Notes under the pieces: model-generated
The model's database searches: none
The model's input: only the letters and a program-made list of their open reading frames with translations
Told to the model about the DNA's origin: nothing
Program-made: the position numbers and the translations under genes
Part shown: positions 32,090 through 42,264 of the stretch, one piece after another
How positions within the stretch are numbered: position 1 is the stretch's first letter
Layout of the letters: every line of letters starts with the position of its first letter
Source of the DNA: an uncultured candidate division Zixibacteria bacterium
Lineage (GTDB): Bacteria; Zixibacteria; MSB-5A5; GN15; FEB-12
Length of the DNA: 64,000 nucleotides
Assembly (NCBI GenBank): GCA_963664195.1
Contig: OY760907.1
Span: 2,560,001-2,624,000, forward strand
Direction: 5' to 3'

Positions 32090-32092
32090 TAC

Positions 32093-32166
32093 GCCCCCGT
32101 AGCTCAGTAGGATAGAGCACCGGTTTCCTAAACCGGGTGTCGCAGGTTCGAATCCTGCCGGGGGTA
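32093..32166 (+). tRNA. tRNA-Arg(CCT), CCA not encoded
   Basis: GCCCCCG/CGGGGGT acceptor, CCGGT-ttCCTaa-ACCGG anticodon arm, GGTTCGAATCC. Confidence 0.96.
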
Positions 32167-32250
32167 TTTTTTTGGCGAAATGGGCGATGCCCGTTCGTTC
32201 AGGGGGCGAGGAGTATTACTTCAACGCTGACGCGGGAGGAATAGCGCGGC

Positions 32251-33618
32251 ATGATCAAGCACATCACTTTCTGTCTGGCCTTCGTTTTCTTAACAGCGGT
32301 CGTTTTTTCTGGCAGCGTACGGGCTGTTGACAGCGCCTTAACCGACTTGGTGATCCAGGGTGACTGGGGCGAGGTGTCACGGCTGCTGGCGTCTGACTCC
32401 ACCGAGTTGGATGATCCCGTCGTTGCTATGCTGCTGGGACACGCGTGCGATCAGACGAACGGGGTGGACTGCGAACGGTATGGTTTGAGCGACGACTCGG
32501 CTCGTGCAGCGTGGCTTGCCTGGACAGAGTCTCTTGCGGAACGCTATCCAGACAAAACTGTCGCATTCTACCTCAGGGGTGATGCGCATGCGCGAATCTA
32601 TGAGTACGAAGGGGCGATAGCGGACTACGCGAGGGCCACTGAGATAGACGAGAAATACGCTCCCGCCTACGCCGCCCTCGGCGGAGTGTACTGGCTAAAG
32701 AGAAACACGAAAGAGGCTCTGACGGCCTTCTCGAAATCTATCAAGATCGACAAGAGATATGCCAGCGCACGCGGCAACCGTGCCAGCCTCTACAGATCGT
32801 TAGGAGAGTACAAGCGAGCGTTGAAGGACTACAAAGAAGCGCTCAAACTCGTGCCTGATGACGCAAGCACCTATTTCAACAGGGGAAACGTCTACGAAGA
32901 TCTGGAAGAGTACGAGAAGGCAATAGAAGACTATACGACTGCGATTCGATTGGATTCCGGCAACGCCGATTTCTATTTCAATCGAGGCAACAACTATCTC
33001 AAGGCTGGCGACCTCGATCTGGCACGCTCCGACTACACTGCCGCTCTGGCTGTGGACTCGACATTCGGCAGTGCACTCGCGAACCGCGCCGCCATCTATT
33101 TGGTCGAGGAAAGGTTCGACGAGGCAATGGTTGACTATACCGAAGCTCTACGGGTTGAGCCTAATGATCTTGCCAACTATACCAATCGTGCGATGGCGTT
33201 CACGCGAATGGAGTTGTACGATTCTGCTATTGCCGACTGCAACGCTGCCCTCAGCCTCGACTCGACGGATGCGGAGTCATACTATTATCGAGGCGTCGCC
33301 TACAACAGGATGAAGGAAGGCACGAAGGCGCTCGCCGATTTCACGACCGCGATTCGATTCGACTCAAACCTAGCGATCGCACACCTGAGACGCGGGATGA
33401 TCTATCGCGACAACGGGAGGATTGAGGAAGCAATCCAAGATTTCACTGGTGCCATTGAAGCTGATAGGGACTATGCGATGGCCTACGATGCCCGAGGCCG
33501 CTTGTACATGCTGGAAGTTGGCGACAAAGTGAGCGCCTGCAAGGATTGGAAACGTGCCTGTCAGTTGGGGCGTTGCTCAAACTACGTTATTGCCAAGGAA
33601 AAGGGTGACTGCAAATAG
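32251..33618 (+). CDS. Exported tetratricopeptide-repeat protein
   Basis: Signal peptide; many 34-aa YxNRG...AxxDYxxA repeats; ACKDWKRACQLG C-terminus. Confidence 0.93.
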   Translation: MIKHITFCLAFVFLTAVVFSGSVRAVDSALTDLVIQGDWGEVSRLLASDSTELDDPVVAMLLGHACDQTNGVDCERYGLSDDSARAAWLAWTESLAERYPDKTVAFYLRGDAHARIYEYEGAIADYARATEIDEKYAPAYAALGGVYWLKRNTKEALTAFSKSIKIDKRYASARGNRASLYRSLGEYKRALKDYKEALKLVPDDASTYFNRGNVYEDLEEYEKAIEDYTTAIRLDSGNADFYFNRGNNYLKAGDLDLARSDYTAALAVDSTFGSALANRAAIYLVEERFDEAMVDYTEALRVEPNDLANYTNRAMAFTRMELYDSAIADCNAALSLDSTDAESYYYRGVAYNRMKEGTKALADFTTAIRFDSNLAIAHLRRGMIYRDNGRIEEAIQDFTGAIEADRDYAMAYDARGRLYMLEVGDKVSACKDWKRACQLGRCSNYVIAKEKGDCK

Positions 33619-33708
33619 CGGAGTTCCCCCCCCTCCCCAATTTCCTCTTGCTCCCCGCCTAAAAACTGACTTCTTTGGGTCCATCACTCAATAATCTGGA
33701 GGGATCCT

Positions 33709-34050
33709 ATGGTTCTCAGAAAAGTTGGCGTGCTTTCGTGCGCTAAACTATCCGGTGCGCTCTATGCTGCCATGGGTCTGATCATTGGAGCGGTTCTGTC
33801 TCTTTTCGGCATTCTGGGTTCGGCGCTTGGAGGTGAGTTCTCTCCCGAGGGGCTTGGTTTCGGTCTCGTATTTGGAATCGGGGCTATTATCTTCTTGCCG
33901 CTCATGTACGGTGTCCTCGGATTCATCGTCGGTGCGATAATGGCTTTCCTGTACAACGTGGTGGCCGGGTACATCGGGGGCATCGAGGTTGAGTTTGCTG
34001 AAAGTCCCCCCTCTCCGTACGGTGAGCAGCCGTCGCAGCCGATGCCGTAG
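33709..34050 (+). CDS. Small membrane protein (DUF3566-like)
   Basis: LRKVGVLSCAK, two hydrophobic helices, YNVVAGYIGGIEVE; GGAGG RBS. Confidence 0.8.
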   Translation: MVLRKVGVLSCAKLSGALYAAMGLIIGAVLSLFGILGSALGGEFSPEGLGFGLVFGIGAIIFLPLMYGVLGFIVGAIMAFLYNVVAGYIGGIEVEFAESPPSPYGEQPSQPMP

Positions 34051-34070
34051 GGAGAGCGCGAGTCGTCAGG

Positions 34071-34105
34071 CTGGGGCAGACGGGGGCGTCTGCCGCCCAC
34101 AGAAT
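34071..34105. repeat. Short palindromic REP-like repeat (inverted copy at 50930-50963)
   Basis: CTGGGGCAGACGGGGGCGTCTGCCGCCCACAGAAT versus reverse complement of 50930-50963. Confidence 0.75.
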
Positions 34106-34235
34106 GACTGGTATGTGACCAAGATGTTCACTCGGGGCGGGGATGTTCCGCGGGTGAAGCTCGAGACGTCCTCCGGCCGGGTGAGTCTCAAGGAGAATTG
34201 ATCGAGGGAACGCAACCCCTGACTGCCAAATTCAC

Positions 34236-34270
34236 ACGGCAGGGTACTCTACGCCCTGCCGTTTTTTCTT
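34236..34270 (+). terminator. Intrinsic terminator
   Basis: ACGGCAGGGT-loop-GCCCTGCCGT followed by T tract. Confidence 0.8.
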
Positions 34271-34351
34271 GCCGGGACACCGTCATCTGCTTATCCGTTA
34301 CATGAATCAACAGACCACCTGAATCAACCGTCGTATGGGAGAACCGCACTC

Positions 34352-35584
34352 GTGTCAGGATTTACGATAGTCGCCATCTTTATCACTGCTGCGGCACTCG
34401 CCAGCTACGTCAACTACCGCTTCATCAAGTTGCCCTCGACAATAGGTCTCATGGTCATCGGTCTGACTATGTCACTGGGGGTCATCGCGCTTAGCAAACT
34501 CGGCGTGGCGACCGATGATCTGGCCGTGCGGTTTCTCGGACGCATCGATTTTGGCGAAACGCTGATGAAGGGGATGTTGTCGTTTTTGCTATTCGCCGGA
34601 GCGCTGAAGGTCAATCTCAACGATTTGGCTAGGCGGAAACTTGCCATAACGAGTTTGGCCACCGGCGGTGTGATAGCGACAACGTTCATAGTAGGTACGT
34701 CGCTCTATTATATCCTGCGTCTTTTTGAGACGGGCTTGCCGTATGCCTACTGTCTGGTTTTTGGCGCGCTGATAGCGCCGACAGATCCCGTGGCCGTGAT
34801 GGCGATTCTCAAGTCCGCAAATGTCCCCAAGTCACTGGAAACGAAAATCGCCGGGGAGTCGCTTTTCAATGATGGGGTTGGTGTGGTCGTGTTCACGGTC
34901 ATGGTCGGGATCGCCACCACGTCCGGGGGAGAGTCAAGCTCGATCGGGCACATCCTGTCCCTTTTTGCCAAGGAGGCTGTCGGGGGTGTCATCTTTGGTG
35001 CAGGTATCGGCTGGTTTGCGTACCTGTTGCTAAGGAATGTCGATGACTACACGGTTGAAGTATTGCTGACGCTTGGTCTGGTGTCAGGAGGGTACGCTCT
35101 GGCCTCGGCTTTGCACACCTCTGGCCCCATAGCTATTGTTGTCGCCGGGCTGCTGATCGGCAACTACGGTCGTCGGCTGGCGATGTCCGAGGTGACTCGC
35201 GATCATCTGGACAAGTTCTGGGAGTTGGTGGACGAAATCCTCAATGCGGTTCTGTTCGTCTGGATAGGCATGGAGATGCTCGTGCTTGCCTTCAACTCCA
35301 GCTATCTTCTGACAGGCCTGATAGCGATTCCGCTGACACTATTTGCTCGGTTTGCAAGTGTCTGGTCAATCATAGGCATTCTCAAGCGATTCAAGCGGAA
35401 GTTCAGTGACAACGCGACGCTGATTTTGACGTGGGGGGGCCTTCGCGGCGGCATCAGCATTGCACTGGCGTTGTCGCTGTCGGCGGGGGAGGCGAGGGAC
35501 CTGATCGTCTCCATAACGTATGTGGTTGTGGTCTTCTCGATATTGGTTCAGGGGCTTACAATCAAGCGCCTGGTCAAGTCGTGA
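34352..35584 (+). CDS. CPA1-family Na+/H+ antiporter (NhaP-like)
   Basis: [34 protein letters not shown]. Confidence 0.95.
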   Translation: MSGFTIVAIFITAAALASYVNYRFIKLPSTIGLMVIGLTMSLGVIALSKLGVATDDLAVRFLGRIDFGETLMKGMLSFLLFAGALKVNLNDLARRKLAITSLATGGVIATTFIVGTSLYYILRLFETGLPYAYCLVFGALIAPTDPVAVMAILKSANVPKSLETKIAGESLFNDGVGVVVFTVMVGIATTSGGESSSIGHILSLFAKEAVGGVIFGAGIGWFAYLLLRNVDDYTVEVLLTLGLVSGGYALASALHTSGPIAIVVAGLLIGNYGRRLAMSEVTRDHLDKFWELVDEILNAVLFVWIGMEMLVLAFNSSYLLTGLIAIPLTLFARFASVWSIIGILKRFKRKFSDNATLILTWGGLRGGISIALALSLSAGEARDLIVSITYVVVVFSILVQGLTIKRLVKS

Positions 35585-35807
35585 GTCGGCTTCTAAGCGG
35601 TTTGCCCGCAAAGCAATAGGTGAATACTGTGGCGTGCGATGTTACGCGACACCCGGCAGTTCGACAGACTGTGTGATGTTCAAAGGCGCTTGTGTGGCCA
35701 TGTGGTGAATGGCGCGTGACTTTTTTCACGGAATTCTCGCAGTTGCCTGTCACACTGCAACTTATTCCAAATCAAGCGGATAACCCGCAGAAAACAGACA
35801 ATTTCGT

Positions 35808-35836
35808 TTGACAGCCAGTGATGACGGGCCTATATT
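35808..35836 (+). promoter_or_regulatory. Putative sigma70 promoter
   Basis: TTGACA-17nt-TATATT upstream of the gene at 35920. Confidence 0.65.
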
Positions 35837-35919
35837 CTTTGATTATTTTCGGCGGGCAATCCGTCTATACAGCAGTGAATGATGTGTGTACTTGAATGAT
35901 AGGTTAAGGAGTCTACGGG

Positions 35920-37389
35920 ATGAAAGGCTTTCTTGTTGGATTGTTGGCGTTGCTCATGATCCCTGGGGCTGTGTGTTTTGCTCAGGACGCGGATACAGAA
36001 GTACAGGCGTGGCCGAGGGCCTTTCCCTCAGTGCGCGATTTTACCGGAAGTGGTGCGCGCGCTGCCGGCATGGGAAACGCTTTTATTGGCGTGGCCGATG
36101 ATATCAGTGCCGTGAGTTGGAACCCTGCCGGATTGTATCGAAACAACAATCCATTTGAGCAGCCGGTGCTATCGCTCGGGTATGCTAGTTTTACCGGTGA
36201 TAGCAAGACCGCGGTTACCGGAGTTGGTGACCCGCGTTCCTTTGATGCCAACGAGACTTTCGGCGGCTTTGACATTATCAGCTTTCTCGCGCCCGTGAGA
36301 ATCAAGGGGCATCCATTCGTGATTTCCGGCAGTTACAATCGGTTGGACGACGAGTATTCAACGGACGGCGTGTTCTTTGACACCACGCGAGCCTATACGC
36401 TGGAAGATTTTGAAAACAACGTATTCCATCCGTACAACCTTGGCATCGGCACTGTGTACTACTCAGGCGCCAACGCGCTCAATCTCGGATTCGGCACCCG
36501 CCTATACGGCAATCTGTCATTCGGTGTTGCAGTTAACGTCTACTCCGGCCAGTCCACGTACGAAGTTCTGGCCACTGAAGTACGGGACGGAGTTGTCACC
36601 GAGGAGAGCCTGGGGCAACGCGTGAAGATTGAGGAGTATCGCCTGGTGATTGATTCTACCTCATATTCTGGCAGCTGTTTCACATTTGGCCTGAGCTATG
36701 CTTCGGAGAAGCTGTCGGCTGGTTTGATCTTCAAGACTCCACATGTTTTGGAGCAAATGACTGACCGCAAGGACAGTCTTCTGACGTATACAAACGGGAC
36801 TGATCCGGACGGTTTGACGCGCCACTTCGATGACAACCTGGTTGAACTTGATATGCCGTTGACGGTTGGATTCGGCCTCGGCTACAACGTAACGGAAAAG
36901 CTTCTCGTTGCTGCCGACGTTGAATACCGCGCCTTCGGCAGCGGTGAGGTCAACGTCCGTGATTCTCTCGAGATCATCTCCGGTGATAACGACATAGAGT
37001 ATTTCAGCAATTTCGATCCGAAATGGGATAACGTCTTTGCCTTCCGGATGGGCACAGAGTACTCACTTGAGACGGGCAAGTCGCTCTTCCCGGTGGTTCC
37101 ACTGCGGCTCGGGTTCTCCTACACGCCGATTCCGACCAGCGCCGTGGTGATGGGAGTTGTGTCCGAGTCTTCAGCCAAAACCAATCTTACGTTTGGCGCT
37201 GGCCTTCGCTGGGACCAGGTACATCTTGATTTTGCCTACGTGAATTCATCGCTTTCACGTGACTACGACCGGTCCTACCGCCTGGGCGTTCCCAACGATC
37301 TGACGGGCGAGAGACCGTTGAGAGTCACGAGTAACAGCGATGACAACAGTGATCATGCGTTTAAGGTTACTTTCACTGGTTTCTTCTAG
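35920..37389 (+). CDS. FadL/PorV-like outer-membrane beta-barrel protein
   Basis: Signal peptide; GARAAGMGNAF..ADD....WNPAGL plug motif; C-terminal Phe. Confidence 0.85.
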   Translation: MKGFLVGLLALLMIPGAVCFAQDADTEVQAWPRAFPSVRDFTGSGARAAGMGNAFIGVADDISAVSWNPAGLYRNNNPFEQPVLSLGYASFTGDSKTAVTGVGDPRSFDANETFGGFDIISFLAPVRIKGHPFVISGSYNRLDDEYSTDGVFFDTTRAYTLEDFENNVFHPYNLGIGTVYYSGANALNLGFGTRLYGNLSFGVAVNVYSGQSTYEVLATEVRDGVVTEESLGQRVKIEEYRLVIDSTSYSGSCFTFGLSYASEKLSAGLIFKTPHVLEQMTDRKDSLLTYTNGTDPDGLTRHFDDNLVELDMPLTVGFGLGYNVTEKLLVAADVEYRAFGSGEVNVRDSLEIISGDNDIEYFSNFDPKWDNVFAFRMGTEYSLETGKSLFPVVPLRLGFSYTPIPTSAVVMGVVSESSAKTNLTFGAGLRWDQVHLDFAYVNSSLSRDYDRSYRLGVPNDLTGERPLRVTSNSDDNSDHAFKVTFTGFF

Positions 37390-37547
37390 AGAGAAATGAC
37401 CAGGCGACAGATTCAGGCAATGATGCAGAAAACCTACGGTGGCCGGAAGACCCGGCCACCGATTCTAATCTCAGCCCGTATAGTCTAAGATGAGAGGGCT
37501 GGCTACCGATAGAACCAACATATATAGACGGTTACCAGGAGTGATTG

Positions 37548-38222
37548 ATGCAGGGTAAAGTAAAGCTGACCAAACGACAGGTCAAAGAAGATAAGTTTAC
37601 CACGTTCATGCTGACTTCTAAGGACAAGTTCCTTGAGAACTGGCAGTTCTACGTCGGTGGTTTAGTTGTGGTCGTTCTTGCGATATCCTTCTTTTCATGG
37701 TATGTCAATCACAGCGGCGACCAGGAAACTCTGGCGGCGGAGAAATTCGCTTCGGCGTCCATGAGCTATTCCCAGGACGAGTATCAGATCGCCCGGCTCG
37801 GATTCAGCGAAATCCTTGACGACTTCTCCGGTTCGGCCGTGGCCGCTCAGGCTACGTTCCTTCTGGGCAACATCTGTCTTGATTCACGTGAGTATGATGA
37901 AGCCCAACGATATTTCGAGATGTACCTCCGCAAGTACAAAGATGACCAGCTCAGTCGCGCCTCGGCATTGGCCGGAATAGCAACCGCCAATGAGAATCAG
38001 GCCAAGTACGCTGATGCGGCTGGCTACTTCGTACGGGCCTCCCAGGAATTCCACGATGGTCCTCTGGCCGGTGAGTACGAGTTGGGAGCCGTACGGAATT
38101 TCATCAAAGCTGATGATACCGAGGGTGCCAAAGGACGTTTGGAAGTGCTGAAGGCGGATTTTGACGGCGACCAGGTTGTCGATCAGGCAATTCGCCTAAT
38201 GAGCGAAAAGGGGCAGATCTAG
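37548..38222 (+). CDS. Membrane-anchored TPR protein (YfgM-like)
   Basis: KRQVKEDKF...FLENW followed by TM helix and TPRs. Confidence 0.8.
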   Translation: MQGKVKLTKRQVKEDKFTTFMLTSKDKFLENWQFYVGGLVVVVLAISFFSWYVNHSGDQETLAAEKFASASMSYSQDEYQIARLGFSEILDDFSGSAVAAQATFLLGNICLDSREYDEAQRYFEMYLRKYKDDQLSRASALAGIATANENQAKYADAAGYFVRASQEFHDGPLAGEYELGAVRNFIKADDTEGAKGRLEVLKADFDGDQVVDQAIRLMSEKGQI

Positions 38223-38240
38223 AGGCCCCGACGGAGAAAC

Positions 38241-40370
38241 GTGGCCAAGCCAACTGCCATAAGAGTCGCCATTCTATGGCACATGCACCAGCCCGACTAT
38301 CGTGAGCCGCATTCCAATCGGCTAGCCATGCCGTGGGTGCGACTGCACGCCCTCAAAGACTACCTCGATATGCCCCTCAATGCAGGGGCTTTCGAGAATG
38401 TACACGTTACGTTCAATCTCGTCCCCTCACTGCTGGATCAGCTCAAGCTCTATACCGAGGGTGGTTCCGACAGTCATCTCGACCTCTCCCGCGCGCCGGT
38501 GGAAGTCCTTTCGTCCGAACAGAAACTGGAGTTGCTCGAGTCATTCTTCGCGGCCAACCCGGCACAGATGATCAATCCGTTCCCGCGGTACCGCGAGTTG
38601 TATCGGAAGTACAACTCCGGCCGGAGCGATCGCGGGGCCTTGGTAAGCCTCTTTTCATCAGCCGAAATACGGGACTTGCAGGTCTGGTCAAATCTGGCCT
38701 GGGTTGACCCTATCTTCAGGGACGAGGCGCCGATTACCGCACTTTTTGCCAAGGGCCGGCACTTCTCCGAGGAGGAGAAACAGGTCATGCTTGACTGGCA
38801 ACTTGGCCTTATGCGGAGAGTCGTCCCCACCTATCAGAAGCTCCAGAAGGAGGGGCGGACGGAGATTTCGTTTACCCCGTATTACCATCCGATTTTACCG
38901 CTGCTCTGTGACACCAACGTTGCCACGGAAGCGCTGCCGAGTATCAAACTTCCCTCCGAGCGATTCGTGCATCCGGAGGATGCTGAGAACCAGATTGCCA
39001 AGTCTGTGGAGCTGTATCGGGAACTGTTTGGCGGTGACATGCCGGGCATGTGGCCCTCGGAAGGGTCGGTCTCTGAAGAAGTATTGGGGATTATCGCTCG
39101 CCACGGCATCAAGTGGGTGGCAACAGACGAGGAAATCCTCTCTCACTCGCTGGCCAAGTCGGGGTTGAATCCGTCTGACAATCCGATACACAGCGTATAC
39201 AAATACGGACCGGGGCTGAAGATGCTCTTCCGAGATCATGCCCTGTCCGACAGGATCGGATTCGTGTATTCGACCTGGAATGCAGATCGCGCGGTGGCAG
39301 ATTTTGTAGGACATCTCAAGCGACTGCGGTCGATTTATCAGAACCGGCTGGATCGGGTTGTCGTGCCGATCATACTCGACGGTGAAAACGCCTGGGAGTA
39401 TTTCCCTGACGACGCCACGGATTTCCTGCGGTTGTTCTACCAGACGCTCGACGAAGACCCGGAGATAAGAACGGTTACCATGAGCGAGGCCGCTTCGGAA
39501 GTGGAGGCGCGGCCACTGCCCTCGGTTTTTGCCGGGTCCTGGATCAATCATAGTTTTCGTATTTGGATAGGCCACGCCGAAGATAACGCCGCCTGGGATC
39601 TGTTGAAAACGACGCGGGACACGGTTGTACGATTCCAGACAGAGCATCCGGATTACGACCGGGAAAAAATCGCCGCCGCGTGGGAGCGGATTTATGTTGC
39701 CGAGGGATCCGACTGGTGTTGGTGGTACGGCGATGAGCATCGCGGTGCCCACAACGAGCAGTTTGACCGGATATTCAGACAACACCTTATAGCCGTATAC
39801 GAACTGCTGTCGCTGGATATTCCGTTTGAGCACCTCAAGCCGATCCACATCGGCGGGGCCGGGACGCAGGTGGTACCGCCGGATACGCTGGTAACGCCGG
39901 AGATCGACGGACGGGTGACGCACTTCTACGAATGGTCAGGAGCAGGCTTCTTCGATTGTTCGCTGGTCGGTGGTTCGATGCATCAGGTAGACCGGCAGGT
40001 CTCCGGGGTTTACTTCGCCTACGATCATGACCGTTTCTACATTCGGCTTGACTTCCGTTCTAGAAAAGACTTAGACTTGATCGCAGGTCTGAGAGTTGCC
40101 GTCTCGTTTTTTGTGCCGGAACTCTCTATCGATTTCCGTCTGGATGAGGATTCCGCCGTTGGCGGCGAAGAGGGCAAGTTCAGTTATGCCCTTGATGACA
40201 TTCTGGAAATGGCGATCGAACGGGACTACCTGTGGACCGAGGGGTTTGGTGCGCTCAGTTTTACCGTGACCCTGTTTGAGCGTGATCAGAAGATCGAGAG
40301 TTGGCCGGAACACGAGCCGGTCGAACTTGAAGTTCCCGACAGGAACAGGGAGCTTTTTTGGCCGCTGTAA
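38241..40370 (+). CDS. Glycoside hydrolase family 57 protein
   Basis: WHMHQP, PYYHPILPLL, WPSEGSVS, LDGENAWE, AEGSDWCWW. Confidence 0.95.
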   Translation: MAKPTAIRVAILWHMHQPDYREPHSNRLAMPWVRLHALKDYLDMPLNAGAFENVHVTFNLVPSLLDQLKLYTEGGSDSHLDLSRAPVEVLSSEQKLELLESFFAANPAQMINPFPRYRELYRKYNSGRSDRGALVSLFSSAEIRDLQVWSNLAWVDPIFRDEAPITALFAKGRHFSEEEKQVMLDWQLGLMRRVVPTYQKLQKEGRTEISFTPYYHPILPLLCDTNVATEALPSIKLPSERFVHPEDAENQIAKSVELYRELFGGDMPGMWPSEGSVSEEVLGIIARHGIKWVATDEEILSHSLAKSGLNPSDNPIHSVYKYGPGLKMLFRDHALSDRIGFVYSTWNADRAVADFVGHLKRLRSIYQNRLDRVVVPIILDGENAWEYFPDDATDFLRLFYQTLDEDPEIRTVTMSEAASEVEARPLPSVFAGSWINHSFRIWIGHAEDNAAWDLLKTTRDTVVRFQTEHPDYDREKIAAAWERIYVAEGSDWCWWYGDEHRGAHNEQFDRIFRQHLIAVYELLSLDIPFEHLKPIHIGGAGTQVVPPDTLVTPEIDGRVTHFYEWSGAGFFDCSLVGGSMHQVDRQVSGVYFAYDHDRFYIRLDFRSRKDLDLIAGLRVAVSFFVPELSIDFRLDEDSAVGGEEGKFSYALDDILEMAIERDYLWTEGFGALSFTVTLFERDQKIESWPEHEPVELEVPDRNRELFWPL

Positions 40371-40397
40371 CTGACGGAACGCAAGGAGCGAAGCATT

Positions 40398-40799
40398 ATG
40401 GCAGAATCATCTTTTTTCGACAACCAGTCGGACGACAAATCCTCGGGGGAGATTCCGAATCTCGACGGTTCTAATACGCAATCTGAGGACGGCAGGTTCG
40501 CCACGGATGAAGGTCGGTTGGCGGCGATCATGTCGTATATCCCTTTTCTGTGTTTTATCCCGCTCCTGAATATGAAGCACAACGAGGAAGCTCGGTTTCA
40601 CGCTCGGCAGGGGGTCATGCTATTTTTGATAGAACTGCTCGCAGCGCTGTTCCTCGTGGACCGCATAGCCAATTTCGTTTTCACAGCGGTGTTGATCGTG
40701 GCCGTTGCGTTTGCGATTGCAGGGATCTACTTCGCCCTGCAGGGTAAGAACTACAAGTTACCGATCGTCGGCGACCTGGCCGACAAGTCCAGACTCTAG
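40398..40799 (+). CDS. DUF4870-like membrane protein
   Basis: AAIMSYIP...RFHARQG...YKLPIVG. Confidence 0.8.
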   Translation: MAESSFFDNQSDDKSSGEIPNLDGSNTQSEDGRFATDEGRLAAIMSYIPFLCFIPLLNMKHNEEARFHARQGVMLFLIELLAALFLVDRIANFVFTAVLIVAVAFAIAGIYFALQGKNYKLPIVGDLADKSRL

Positions 40800-40805
40800 G
40801 TGACC

Positions 40806-41618
40806 ATGAAACGTCTGTGCCTGCTGATTGTGATGACGGCGGCCCTCGCGCTCGGATGCGCCACTACCGGTCCCGGTGGGAAAACATCGCTGATCCTTAT
40901 TCCTACCAGTCAGGAAGTTGCCATAGGCGCCGGCATGGCGCAGCAATTGGCGGAAACAGAGACCGCTCTTGCCGATGATGAGTGGCAGAGGTATCTCAAC
41001 GAAATCGGTCAGAAAATTGTCACCGTTTGTGATCGCAAAGATATCGAGTATCACTTCACCGTAATCGAATCCGATCAGATTAATGCTTTCGCTGCACCGG
41101 GTGGGTATGTCTACTTCTATACCGGGCTGCTTCGAGAAATGGACAACGAGGCCGAACTCGCGGCTGTGATGGCCCACGAAATCTCCCATGTCGTTGCGCG
41201 CCACGGCATCAAGCGTCTCCAGACTATTATGGGCGTCTCGCTTGCATACGAGGTTGCCTTCGGTGACGAATCGTCCGAGGTTGTCCAGACCGCTGTGGGA
41301 CTGGGACTGACGCTCCTGACAGCATCGTACTCCCGATCTAACGAAAGAGAAGCCGATGATTACGGGATGACCTATATGATGCGCGCCGGCTATCACCCTG
41401 ACGGCATGATAGGTATGTTTAACAAGCTGGCGGCCACGGGGAGTGGCGGGTCTGATGTTTTTGAACAGCTTCTCTCATCTCACCCTGAAACACAGGAACG
41501 TATCAACAATGCCCGGACAAGAATCAACGCTATGCCGTCGATTCCAGCCTCGCTCACTTTTGGCGAAACACGCTACCGGCAAATGTTGAACCGTTTACCT
41601 TCGAAACAGACCCCATAG
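40806..41618 (+). CDS. M48-family zinc metallopeptidase lipoprotein
   Basis: Lipobox ALGC; NAFAAPGG, HEISH, EREAD, SSHP. Confidence 0.93.
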   Translation: MKRLCLLIVMTAALALGCATTGPGGKTSLILIPTSQEVAIGAGMAQQLAETETALADDEWQRYLNEIGQKIVTVCDRKDIEYHFTVIESDQINAFAAPGGYVYFYTGLLREMDNEAELAAVMAHEISHVVARHGIKRLQTIMGVSLAYEVAFGDESSEVVQTAVGLGLTLLTASYSRSNEREADDYGMTYMMRAGYHPDGMIGMFNKLAATGSGGSDVFEQLLSSHPETQERINNARTRINAMPSIPASLTFGETRYRQMLNRLPSKQTP

Positions 41619-42209
41619 GGCTTTCCTTTCGGCCGACACGTCTTGTCTTGACCTCTCGCCAGAATTCTCTACCCGGAACTTGCTGTGGGGCAAGGGGGCT
41701 GCCACATAAGGGGGTAGATCTCTCTGGAATCAATCGCTGACTGGAATGCCGATCTCGGTGATCAGTGTCTATTATCCTGGAGTAAGTCGTTGTCTTGCAA
41801 CGGCCATTCCGATGGGAAATATTTTCCGGAATCGTCTTGGTTTTAGTTGACTTGTTTTGCTGAAAGTGATAAATCAAGAGCAGAAAATGTTGGGACATCC
41901 CCATACCAGGGGTGTTGAACCTGCGCAGATTTCCGACAATTCTAGTAAGGTTGTGAGTTTATTGACATCTCTCATAACGGGCTATTGGACAGCGGTTTGA
42001 GACTAGGGTCCTGACAAGATGCGGTGCTGGTTGTTCAAGATTGGATCAATCACGGCCTAAAACGCCTATCTGCGGTCACTATTGACCGTCCCGTATCTCA
42101 ACTCAGGCGCGTAATCGCTGCCCGCTAACAGATTGGATGTTAACAGGTTAGGGGCTAGAATGCGTCGATTTGCAGATTTTGTCAAAACAAGAATACAAGG
42201 ACCTCCCCT

Positions 42210-42224
42210 TGGCACTGGCATTGC
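42210..42224 (+). promoter_or_regulatory. sigma54 -24/-12 promoter
   Basis: TGGCAC-tggca-TTGC, perfect consensus, 40 nt upstream of ATG 42265. Confidence 0.8.
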
Positions 42225-42264
42225 CCTTTCCGTAAGGCAAAATCAGTATAGAAGGGGATCGAAG

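Noticed and set aside
32093..35584. Possible genomic island integrated at tRNA-Arg(CCT)
   Set aside because: No integrase and no duplicated tRNA 3' end found downstream by eye.
35715..35730. CGTGA-N6-TCACG CRP/FNR-like palindrome
   Set aside because: Single imperfect instance far upstream of the predicted promoter; could be chance.
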